The notes beneath the pieces are model-generated. The model did not search any database. It was given only the letters and a program-made list of their open reading frames with translations, and was not told the origin of the DNA. DNA of 64,000 nucleotides from an uncultured Chloroflexia bacterium (GTDB lineage Bacteria > Chloroflexota > Limnocylindria > Limnocylindrales > CSP1-4), in the NCBI GenBank assembly GCA_963849495.1, contig CAWKHN010000009.1, positions 20,164 through 84,163 on the forward strand, read 5' to 3'. Both the position numbers and the translations under genes were made by a program. Shown piece after piece: positions 28,592 to 36,970 of the stretch (position 1 is its first letter; each line of letters starts with the position of its first letter).

Positions 28592-29467
28592 TCAGGGGGC
28601 GGTGCTCGGCGAGGCGTCCGGCGACGCGGAGGTGGACGGCGACCCGGCCGGCGAGGCGGACGCGGCAGCGGCCTCGATCAGGGTGCCGAGCTGCTGGGCG
28701 GACTGGAGCCCCACAATCTTCTGGCCGGCGATGTACATCGTCGGCGTGGAGTCGATACCCATGCCCAGCGCCTTCGTGCTGTTGTCGTTGACGGCCTGAA
28801 TCGTGGCGGCAGCGTCGAGGCACGTCCCGAACGCGGTGGGATCAACGCCCGCAGCCACGGCGATCTGGGTCAGCCGATCTCGATTGAACCCGCCGACGTT
28901 CTCGCCGGCCTGGTTCATGTAGACCCAGTGGGCGTAGTCCCAATACTTGCCCTGCTCATTCGCACAGTAGGCACCGGAGGCGGCGAGCTTCGACTCGTCG
29001 ACGGCACCGGCTGCGGGACGTCCCAGGATCCCAATGTCGTGATGGACGATCCGGAGCGTGCCCGGCTGGACGTACTGGCTCACCAGGACCGGCTCCACGG
29101 TCAGGTCGTAATCCGCGCACACCGGGCACTGGAAGTCCTCGTAGACATCGAGCGTGACCGGCGCGTCGGCCTTCCCGATCGTCGTCCCACTCAGGAGGCT
29201 CGCCGGGTACGCCATGCTCGGGTTCTTCAGTGTCCCGGTCACCGTGCCGCCGAGCTGGCCGGCGGCGATGACTGCGACGATGAGAACGCCGACAACGAGT
29301 GCCGCGATGGTGATGTTGCGCGTCGACATCAGTGTCGATGCGCCGCCTCCGCCACCGGTCGCGACGCGGTTCCGACGCTCCTCGCGGGCAACCTCGAATC
29401 GGTCGCGCCGCTCCGCCGCGCGGCGCTCCCTGCGCGTGGAGGGGGGTGTCTTCTGCTTGCCGCTCAG
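28592..29467 (-). CDS. Membrane-anchored DsbA-family thioredoxin-fold protein
   Basis: EDFQCPVC active site, cis-Pro loop STPT, one TM; start uncertain (CTG 29467 with SD, or ATG 29329). Confidence 0.88.
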   Translation of the reverse strand: MSGKQKTPPSTRRERRAAERRDRFEVAREERRNRVATGGGGGASTLMSTRNITIAALVVGVLIVAVIAAGQLGGTVTGTLKNPSMAYPASLLSGTTIGKADAPVTLDVYEDFQCPVCADYDLTVEPVLVSQYVQPGTLRIVHHDIGILGRPAAGAVDESKLAASGAYCANEQGKYWDYAHWVYMNQAGENVGGFNRDRLTQIAVAAGVDPTAFGTCLDAAATIQAVNDNSTKALGMGIDSTPTMYIAGQKIVGLQSAQQLGTLIEAAAASASPAGSPSTSASPDASPSTAP

Positions 29468-29607
29468 GGGGTGCCTCCGGTCGTGGTCGTGGCTGGACGC
29501 ACAGGCATTGTGGCGCAGATTTGCGTTCCGGGCCACGCGCGGCCTCCGCGATGCGGGACACTCAACCAGACCCACGGCCCAACGTGCACGGCGAAGCCGT
29601 CCGGCCC

Positions 29608-29642
29608 TTGCGTGTTCATCCGGTTATTGATACTGTGTCTCA
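29608..29642 (+). promoter_or_regulatory. Promoter overlapped by a Fur/Zur-type box
   Basis: TTGCGT 29608-29613, N17, TACTGT 29631-29636; 7-1-7 inverted repeat TGATACT-G-TGTCTCA 29628-29642. Confidence 0.7.
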
Positions 29643-29643
29643 T

Positions 29644-30561
29644 ATGACCTCGCTCGTCGATCCAGATCCTGTTGTGCCGGACGCCCGCCCGAATGTGGCC
29701 CCGCACGTCCATGCACACGAGGATCCGGCCGATCCTGCACACGCGCACGCTCATGCCGATGTCTGGCTGAGTGACGTCACCGCCGGCTACGGCGAGCGGA
29801 CCGCACTGGAGCATGTGACCCTTGCCGTGGAGCCGGGGAGCCTGCTCGCGGTGGTCGGTCCGAACGGCGCCGGCAAAAGCACGCTGCTGAAGCTGATGGC
29901 CGGGCTCCTCCGCCCCTGGACCGGACGGATCGAGGTGCTGGCCGCTCCCCCCGGTCGAGAGGCGCGGCGGGTGGCGTACGTCCCGCAGGCGGAGCTCGTC
30001 GATTGGGCGTTCCCCGTCACCGTGGAGGACGTCGTGATGATGGGCCGCTTTCCGCGGCTCGGCTCCTTCCGGCGGCCCGGTCCGGACGACCGCCGGGCCG
30101 TGACCGGCGCGCTCAGGCAGGTGGGCATGGCGGATCACGGGAACACGCAGATCGGGCGGCTCTCCGGCGGCCAGCGACGCCGGGTCTTCCTGGCCCGTGC
30201 GCTCGCGGCGGAGCCGGACCTGTTCCTGCTGGACGAGCCGGTCACCGGCATCGACGCGACCACGCAGGAGCTGCTGATGGATCTTCTCGAGGCGCAGGCC
30301 GCGCGGGGCAAGACGGTGGTTGCGACGACGCACGACCTCGCCTGCGCGGCGCAGCGGTTCCAGCAGGTGCTGGCGATCAACCGCACCGTGGTCGCGTACG
30401 GGCCGTCCAACCTCGTGCTCGATGCCGACGTCCTCGCCCGCGCGTACGGCGGCCACCTGCTCGTGCTCGAGGGCCGCACGGTGATCCTCGACGACGCCCA
30501 CCACCACGACCAGGCTGCGCCCGGCGAGCGCCACTTCCACGAGTCGGATGGAGACGGATGA
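29644..30561 (+). CDS. Zn/Mn ABC transporter ATP-binding subunit (ZnuC/MntA-like)
   Basis: GPNGAGKST, LSGGQRRR and LLDEP motifs; His-rich termini. Confidence 0.92.
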   Translation: MTSLVDPDPVVPDARPNVAPHVHAHEDPADPAHAHAHADVWLSDVTAGYGERTALEHVTLAVEPGSLLAVVGPNGAGKSTLLKLMAGLLRPWTGRIEVLAAPPGREARRVAYVPQAELVDWAFPVTVEDVVMMGRFPRLGSFRRPGPDDRRAVTGALRQVGMADHGNTQIGRLSGGQRRRVFLARALAAEPDLFLLDEPVTGIDATTQELLMDLLEAQAARGKTVVATTHDLACAAQRFQQVLAINRTVVAYGPSNLVLDADVLARAYGGHLLVLEGRTVILDDAHHHDQAAPGERHFHESDGDG

Positions 30562-31439
30562 TGGACGCCATCCTGGAGCCGCTCGCCCTCAGCTACTTCG
30601 TTCGGGCATTGATCGCGTCCACACTCGTCGGGGTCGTGTGCGCGGTGGTCGGGACCTACGTCGTCCTCCGCGGAGTGGCGTTCATCGGTGATGCGATCGC
30701 GCATGCCGGCTTCCCGGGCGTGGTCGCGGCGTACATGCTCGGCATCCCGACCTATTTCGGCGCCGCCGTGGCTGCGGTCGGCACCGCACTGGCCATCGGC
30801 CTGGTGACGAAGCGCGCGGGGATCCGGCAGGACACCGTGATCGGGGTGATGTTCGCGGGGACGTTCGCGTTCGGCATCTTCCTGTTCAGCGCGATCAAGG
30901 GCTACGTGGCCGACCTGTTCAGCTTCCTGTTCGGCAACGTGCTGGCCATCAGCCCGACCGATCTGGTGGCGCTCGTCGTCCTCGGCCTGGGCGTGATCAT
31001 GGTCGTCGCGCTGCTGTGGAAGCAGCTCCTGTACGCGACCTTCGACCCGCTCGGCGCTGCAGCCTCCGGGATCAGGGTGGATCGGCTGGAGTACCTGTTC
31101 CTCGCGCTGGTCGCGTTGACCATCGTCGTCAGCCTCCAGGCCGTCGGGATCATCCTCGTCGTCGCGATGCTGGTCACGCCGGCCGCAACGGCCCAGATGC
31201 TCAGCGTCCACTTCACGCGCCTGATGCTGCTCGCGGCGGTCGTCGGCATCGCGAGCGCGGTATTGGGCCTGTACCTGTCCTACTGGCTGGACGTCGCGAG
31301 CGGGGCCACGATCGTGCTCGTGGAGACTGCGCTGTTCCTGATCGCGCTCCTGATCGGTCCGCGGGGCGTGATCGCCCGCCGGCGGGAGACCCACCTGACG
31401 CCCGAGGCGAACGGCCCGTCGGCAACGGCGGCCGCGTGA
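30558..31439 (+). CDS. Zn/Mn ABC transporter permease (ZnuB/MntB-like)
   Basis: ABC-3 motifs GDAIAHAGFPG, LFGNVLAI, TFDP and VGIILVVAMLVTPAATA. Confidence 0.93.
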   Translation: MMDAILEPLALSYFVRALIASTLVGVVCAVVGTYVVLRGVAFIGDAIAHAGFPGVVAAYMLGIPTYFGAAVAAVGTALAIGLVTKRAGIRQDTVIGVMFAGTFAFGIFLFSAIKGYVADLFSFLFGNVLAISPTDLVALVVLGLGVIMVVALLWKQLLYATFDPLGAAASGIRVDRLEYLFLALVALTIVVSLQAVGIILVVAMLVTPAATAQMLSVHFTRLMLLAAVVGIASAVLGLYLSYWLDVASGATIVLVETALFLIALLIGPRGVIARRRETHLTPEANGPSATAAA

Positions 31440-31909
31440 TGCGCGGCGCATCAGTGACCCCGGCCGCCGAGAGCCCCGCCAGTGGGCTGGTCGAGGCCCT
31501 CACCGCGGCCGGCTGCAGGCTGACAGGGCCGAGGCTCACGGTCGCCGGGCTCATCGCCGGCCGGGAGGGCCACTTCACCGCAGCCGAGCTGGTCACGGAC
31601 GCGCGCCGGGGTCATCCGGGGATCGGCAGGGCGACCATCTTCCGGGCGCTCGAGCTGTTCACAAGCCTCAATCTGGTGGAGCGGGTCGATCTTCCGGGCG
31701 GGGACCACGCCTACGTCGCCTGCGAGGCCGTGCACCACCATCACGCCATCTGCACCCGCTGCGGTCGGGCACTCGACGTGGACGATCCGGGACTGGCCGA
31801 CGTGCTTGCGACCATCGGCGGTCGATCCGGCTTCCGGGTCACCGCGCACCGGCTCGAGATCTTCGGGCTGTGCGCAACGTGCCAGGCGGACGACGGCCGG
31901 ACCCGATGA
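31436..31909 (+). CDS. Fur-family transcriptional regulator (Zur-like)
   Basis: HFTAAEL, ATIFRALELF, HHHHAICTRC and C-terminal CATC. Confidence 0.9.
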   Translation: MMRGASVTPAAESPASGLVEALTAAGCRLTGPRLTVAGLIAGREGHFTAAELVTDARRGHPGIGRATIFRALELFTSLNLVERVDLPGGDHAYVACEAVHHHHAICTRCGRALDVDDPGLADVLATIGGRSGFRVTAHRLEIFGLCATCQADDGRTR

Positions 31910-32871
31910 TGCCGAGATCCTCCGGCTCCCCGAGACCCGCGCGGGCGCTGCGGCACAGCGGCGCCGCCCTGTCGCTCGCCGTCACCCTCCTCGTCGCCGC
32001 TTGCGGCCAGGGCACCGGCACGACTGCCTCCGGGCTCACGCCGGCTCCTGACGCCCTGCGCGTGGTCGCGACGTCCACGATCCTGGCCGACCTCGTGCGC
32101 CAGGTGGGCGGCTCGGCGGTCAGCGTGGAGAGCCTCGTGCCGGCCGGCGGGGAGGTTCATACCTTCGACCCCACGCCGTCCGACGTCCAGCGTGTCAGCC
32201 AGGCTCGGCTGATCATCGCCAATGGTCTGGGGCTGGACGACTGGCTGACGGCCCTGGCCGCCGACGCCGCCACGGGAGCCCCGGTCGTCCGTGTCGCCGA
32301 GGGGCTGTCGAGCGTGACGTACCTGAGCGGAACGGAGCCCGGCTCGACGACGAACCCGCACCTGTGGATGAATGTCGCCTACGCCTCGAAGTACGTCGAT
32401 CGCATCGAGGCCGCCCTGGCGGCGGCGGATCCCGCACATGCGGCCGACTTCAGCGCAGCGGCCGACACGTACCGAGCGACGCTGGCGACGCTCGACGGGG
32501 AGGTCCGCGCACGGATCGGCGCGTTGCCGGCAGCCAGCCGGATCGTGGTCTCGTTCCACGACGCGTTCCCGTACTTCGCCGCGGCCTACGGCATCACGGT
32601 GGTGGGCTCGATCGTCGGCGCTCCGGGCCAGGATCCGAGCGCCGGCGCCATGGCGGCCCTGGTGGCGACGATCCGATCCACCGGCGCGAAGGCCATCTTC
32701 GCAGAGGCCCAGTTCAGCCCGAAGCTCGCCGACGCGATCGCGGGCGAGACCGGCATCACGGTGGTGACGGACCTGTACACGGACAGCGTCGGCCAGCCGC
32801 CGGCCGACACCTACGTGGGCATGATCCGCTCCGACGTCGATCAGGTGGTCTCGGTCCTCGGCGGGAGCTGA
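31906..32871 (+). CDS. Zn/Mn ABC substrate-binding lipoprotein (TroA/ZnuA-like)
   Basis: Lipobox VAAC; VHTFDP, NPHLW, FHDAF and YTDS metal ligands (His, His, His, Asp). Confidence 0.93.
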   Translation: MMPRSSGSPRPARALRHSGAALSLAVTLLVAACGQGTGTTASGLTPAPDALRVVATSTILADLVRQVGGSAVSVESLVPAGGEVHTFDPTPSDVQRVSQARLIIANGLGLDDWLTALAADAATGAPVVRVAEGLSSVTYLSGTEPGSTTNPHLWMNVAYASKYVDRIEAALAAADPAHAADFSAAADTYRATLATLDGEVRARIGALPAASRIVVSFHDAFPYFAAAYGITVVGSIVGAPGQDPSAGAMAALVATIRSTGAKAIFAEAQFSPKLADAIAGETGITVVTDLYTDSVGQPPADTYVGMIRSDVDQVVSVLGGS

Positions 32872-33084
32872 GCGGGGACCCGGCGCGGCCGTGAACAGCT
32901 GACACGCCGGGACGCGGCGCACGGTACGCCCGGCGACCGGGACCATCGGCTGCCGCCGGGCTGAAACCATCAGGGCTTGCCCCGCCTCAGAACGGCACCG
33001 GAAGATACCTGGAGCCGTCATGACCCACCGCCGCGTTCCCCCTCGACTCGCAGCCGTCCCGTCGATCGCAGCGGGTGACCTGCG

Positions 33085-33801
33085 ATGCGCGTAGGCGCGG
33101 CGACGCTGATCGCCCTGGGCGCGATCGCCGCCCTGGTCGCGCTCGGCGTCACGGACCAGATCCTGCCGGCCACCCAGCCCCACATCGTCCAGGTCAGGCC
33201 CTGGATCGCCGCGCGGGCACTGGGCGTCACCGCCTACCTGCTGCTGGCAGTCGAGGTCGCCTCGGGCCTGGTCCTGAGCCACCCGAGGAACAGCACGGTC
33301 TGGCAGGTGACCAAGCCGGTCTTCCCGTGGCACGAGATGATCTCGGTGTTCACGGGCGCCTTCCTCACCCTGCACATCGCCCTGCTGGTCATCGACCCGT
33401 ACGCACAGGTCGGGGTCATCGGGGCGTTCGTGCCCGGCTTCTCCGTGTACCGGCCGCCGGCAGTGGCAATCGGCTCCGTCGCCCTCTATGCGCTCATCTT
33501 CACGGCCGTCACGGCGAAGTGGACGCGCCTCCTGCCGTCCGGGTGGTGGCTCAAGGTCCACCGCTTCGCTGCCCTGGCATTCCTTCTCGCCTGGGTGCAC
33601 GCCATCCTTGCCGGAACCGACGGCGGGGCGCTCACACCCCTGTACCTGGCAACCGGCCTGCCGATCCTGGCCGGGGTTGCACACCGCTGGTGGACCGCGA
33701 TGGGCCGCCCGCGGCGCACGGCTCCAACCGGTGACTCGTCGCCGGCCACCCCCTCGAGCACCCAGGCGGCAGCGCCGGGCGCCATCCTGGAGGACCTGTG
33801 A
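33085..33801 (+). CDS. Ferric reductase-like (MsrQ-like) heme-b membrane protein
   Basis: About 6 TM segments; four His positioned as heme ligands (PWHE, TLHI, KVHR, WVHA). Confidence 0.85.
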   Translation: MRVGAATLIALGAIAALVALGVTDQILPATQPHIVQVRPWIAARALGVTAYLLLAVEVASGLVLSHPRNSTVWQVTKPVFPWHEMISVFTGAFLTLHIALLVIDPYAQVGVIGAFVPGFSVYRPPAVAIGSVALYALIFTAVTAKWTRLLPSGWWLKVHRFAALAFLLAWVHAILAGTDGGALTPLYLATGLPILAGVAHRWWTAMGRPRRTAPTGDSSPATPSSTQAAAPGAILEDL

Positions 33802-34280
33802 TGTCTCGTAACGCCCTCAGCCGCCTGGTGCGGCGAGCAATCGTGCTCGGTGCGACCCTCGCCGTCATCGGGATCGGCGTCGGCACCGTGAAGATCGCCG
33901 GCGACTGGCGCTCCGCCGCAGCACCGCTCGACGCGGCACCGGTCGGGATGGACACCGTCAGCGCGCAACTCGTCTCCGAGACCCAGCGCACGGGCGCCCT
34001 GTCGGATCAGATCGGCTCGGTTGCCGGGCAGGTTGCCACGCTGCAGGCCGCGCTCGTCGAGGCCGACCAGCATGTGAGCGGAGACACCAAGACCGCCGTG
34101 ACTCTCAAGCAGCAGCTGGCGGATGCCCGGGTCAAGCTGGATGCCCTGCAGGCACAGCTCAAGGCCGCCCAGACGCGGCTCGCCAGCCTGAACCAGGCCG
34201 CCGCCCGGCAGGCCGCCCTGAACGCGGCTGCCCCGGTCACGACCACGACCACGACCAGCGGTGAGCACGATGGCGACTGA
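33798..34280 (+). CDS. Hypothetical membrane-anchored coiled-coil protein
   Basis: N-terminal hydrophobic segment, heptad-like Ala/Gln/Leu helix, Thr run and GEHDGD tail; GTGA overlap with the upstream gene. Confidence 0.75.
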   Translation: MMSRNALSRLVRRAIVLGATLAVIGIGVGTVKIAGDWRSAAAPLDAAPVGMDTVSAQLVSETQRTGALSDQIGSVAGQVATLQAALVEADQHVSGDTKTAVTLKQQLADARVKLDALQAQLKAAQTRLASLNQAAARQAALNAAAPVTTTTTTSGEHDGD

Positions 34281-34809
34281 GCGAACCCTTCCCGCCGTCG
34301 CCCTGCCGATCCCTGCACTCCGGCGCGATGCTGCACCGCGCGCCGAGACAAAGGCACCCGACCGTGCCGTCACCGGGCGAGGGGAGACGTGGGTCACGAC
34401 ACCGGCCCGTGCGGGAATGCTGCTGGGCGCATCCGCCGCGATCTACGCGGTGACGCTTGCCGGCGTCTCCGGCCTGCAGGCCGGCAGCGACGCAGAGGTG
34501 ACCGCCCGACATCAGCCGTACCTCGAGACCCTCGCGACCGTCCGGGCAGCGAACGATCAACTCCAGACCGCGGTCAAAGCGGCCGATACGGAGGCCCAGG
34601 CGCTGGGCGAGCTCTATGCGCGGACCGGCGACACGGTGACCGCCTACGAGGCACGTCTCGACGCCCTCGCGAGCCTGGTGGCCGAGGTCCAGGGCTCAGC
34701 GGCCTCGCTGCCGTCGCGCCTCAGCCTGCCGGCCGTCTCGGTACGGAGCTCGGTCGGGAGCACGGCACCCGCGACCAGCGCCAAGACCGGCGCGTCGGGC
34801 GCGCCCTGA
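34270..34809 (+). CDS. Hypothetical membrane-anchored coiled-coil protein, candidate flavinylation substrate
   Basis: One TM segment, coiled-coil, Ser/Thr-rich tail ending KTGASGAP. Confidence 0.75.
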   Translation: MATERTLPAVALPIPALRRDAAPRAETKAPDRAVTGRGETWVTTPARAGMLLGASAAIYAVTLAGVSGLQAGSDAEVTARHQPYLETLATVRAANDQLQTAVKAADTEAQALGELYARTGDTVTAYEARLDALASLVAEVQGSAASLPSRLSLPAVSVRSSVGSTAPATSAKTGASGAP

Positions 34810-34865
34810 GATCAGGGACGGCAGCTGCCACGCTCGGGCCGCACGCCGGAGAGCAGCACGACCGC

Positions 34866-35864
34866 GTGATTGCTTTCTCGGCCCGTGCGCTGGGCTCCGC
34901 GCTGTGCCTCCAGGTGCGGCTCTCCGAGCCCGCGTCGCCCGATGCCCTGGGCGCCGCGGAGGTTGCCTGGACCGGCGTCCGTGACGAATTCCACGCGGTG
35001 GACATCGCGATGTCCAGGTTCCGCGCCGACAGCGAGCTCACCGCGCTCAACCGCCTGGCGGGCAGTGGGATCTCGGTCCAGGCCTCGTGGCGGCTGCGGA
35101 CGGCGCTCGCGGCCGTCCACCGGGCACACCGCGTGACCGACGGGCGCTTTGACGCCCGGGTGCTGGCTGCGCTGGAGCGTCTCGGTGAGCATGGGGTGCC
35201 GCTCGACCCCTTCAGCACCACCACGGAATTCGCCGCTGCGGCATCGCCGGACCACGTCGAACGCACCGGGCCCCGTGAACGCCGTGAGCCCGGAAGACGG
35301 AGGCAGCGCGTACAGGTCCCGGAGGCACCGCTCGACATGGGCGGCATCGGCAAAGGGCTGGCGCTCCGCTGGGCCGCCGCTGCGGCCGTGCGGCGATTGC
35401 CGGCTGGTGCGGGGTTGCTGCTCGAGGCCGGGGGTGATCTCGTCCTCGGTGGGGTTCCGCCGGCCGACGGGTGGCTTGTCGGGATCGAGGATCCTGTTGC
35501 CGATCCAGGGCCGGAAGCCCAGCCTGTCGCCGTCGTGGCGGTGCACGCCGGTGCCGTCGCGACGTCCTCGATCCGCGTGCGCCGCTGGGTCGGACCGGAC
35601 GGGCGTCCGGTTCACCACCTGGTCGACCCTGCCACGGGCGAGCCGGCACGGACGGGGCTGATCGCGGTCACGGTCGCGAACGCGGATCCGGCCTGGGCGG
35701 AGATCTGGAGCAAGGCCCTGTTCCTCGCGGGGCAGGCGCGGATCGGCGAGGAGGCGAGAACGCGGGGCCTCGCCGCGTGGTGGGTGGACGATCGCGGACA
35801 CCTGGGGATGACCCCCGAGGCACGGCTGCGCAGCGCCTGGGTGGCCGAGGGGCGCCTCGGCTAG
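34866..35864 (+). CDS. apbE: FAD:protein FMN transferase
   Basis: MSRFRADSELTALN, FDARV, DMGGIGKG, AGGD, VATSS and HHLVDPATGEP motifs. Confidence 0.92.
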   Translation: MIAFSARALGSALCLQVRLSEPASPDALGAAEVAWTGVRDEFHAVDIAMSRFRADSELTALNRLAGSGISVQASWRLRTALAAVHRAHRVTDGRFDARVLAALERLGEHGVPLDPFSTTTEFAAAASPDHVERTGPRERREPGRRRQRVQVPEAPLDMGGIGKGLALRWAAAAAVRRLPAGAGLLLEAGGDLVLGGVPPADGWLVGIEDPVADPGPEAQPVAVVAVHAGAVATSSIRVRRWVGPDGRPVHHLVDPATGEPARTGLIAVTVANADPAWAEIWSKALFLAGQARIGEEARTRGLAAWWVDDRGHLGMTPEARLRSAWVAEGRLG

Positions 35865-36931
35865 GTTTCGGTCCCGCCCGCCGTCGGCGGGGCGTCCGCC
35901 GCCGGACCGGGGTCGACGGGTGCCGTGGGGACCTCCGCGGGTGTGGTCGCAACATGCCTCGGTCGTGGCTCCCCGATCATCGCCTCCAGCTCTTCCCGCG
36001 TGGGCATGCCTTCGCGTGCACCGGCGCGCGTCACCGAGATGCTGGCCGCGACAACCGCGCGCCGGGCCGCGACCACGAGGTCGAGCCCATTGGCCAGTGC
36101 CGCCGCGAGCGCACCGTTGAGGGCGTCGCCCGCACCGGTCGCGTCGACCGCCTTGACCTTCGGGGGCTTGATGTCGATGGGGGCTCCGTCCTTCCGGACG
36201 AGAACTGCGCCGCCAGGCCCCAGCGACACCAGGATGGCCCGCGCGGGCCCGGGACCCTCACTCGTCGTCTCGAGGAGCGACCGCGCAGCGTGGATCGGAT
36301 CCTCCATGCCGGTGGTCGCGCGTCCGGAGCGATTCGCGTCGTCGGCGGCGAGGCGTGCCAGCTCCCCCCGATTCGGCGTGAGGACGTCCGCCAGGGACAG
36401 CACCGACCGGTCCAGGCCATCGGCAGGCGCCGGGTTGAGAACGGTCCACGCCCCTCCAGCACGACCGACCCGCAGAGCCTCGCGCGCCGCTGTCGTGGGG
36501 ATCTCGTGGGTGACGATCACAACGTCGCCCGCGTGTGGGGCCAGCCGGCCGAGCGCCTGGCGGACATGGGCCGCGGTAAGACCCGCGTTCGCGCCCGGAG
36601 CGACGGCGATCTGGTTCTCGGCCTTTGCGTCCACGAGGATCAGCGCGACCCCCGTTGCCGTCTGCTCGAGGGTCACGAGGACGTCTGTGCCGACGCCCGC
36701 GCGCAACAGGGCGGCCCGGGCCTCGGACCCGAATGCGTCGTCACCGAGCGCCGCGACCAGCATGACCGGCACCCCGAGACGGGCGGCCGCGACCGCCTGG
36801 TTCCCACCCTTGCCGCCGTGGAAGCGGGTGAAGGTGCCGCCCACCACCGTCTCGCCGGGCAGCGGCAGGCGTTCCCCCTGGACGACGAGGTCCACGTTGA
36901 CCGATCCGACCACCAGGACCCGACCGCTCAT
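35861..36931 (-). CDS. rbsK: Ribokinase (PfkB family)
   Basis: VGSVNVDL, GGKGGNQAVAAARLG, TGVALI, NPAPA and DATGAGD motifs. Confidence 0.88.
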   Translation of the reverse strand: MSGRVLVVGSVNVDLVVQGERLPLPGETVVGGTFTRFHGGKGGNQAVAAARLGVPVMLVAALGDDAFGSEARAALLRAGVGTDVLVTLEQTATGVALILVDAKAENQIAVAPGANAGLTAAHVRQALGRLAPHAGDVVIVTHEIPTTAAREALRVGRAGGAWTVLNPAPADGLDRSVLSLADVLTPNRGELARLAADDANRSGRATTGMEDPIHAARSLLETTSEGPGPARAILVSLGPGGAVLVRKDGAPIDIKPPKVKAVDATGAGDALNGALAAALANGLDLVVAARRAVVAASISVTRAGAREGMPTREELEAMIGEPRPRHVATTPAEVPTAPVDPGPAADAPPTAGGTET

Positions 36932-36970
36932 CGGCGCGGCTCCCCTCTCCGTGCGGCGTCGCGTGCCGCG

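Noticed and set aside
33011-33094. GGAG + ATG 33020 opening a 24-codon ORF, possibly a frameshifted N-terminus of the ferric reductase-like gene
   Set aside because: The protein from ATG 33085 already has a complete TM set; there is no homology evidence for a frameshift without read or ortholog data.
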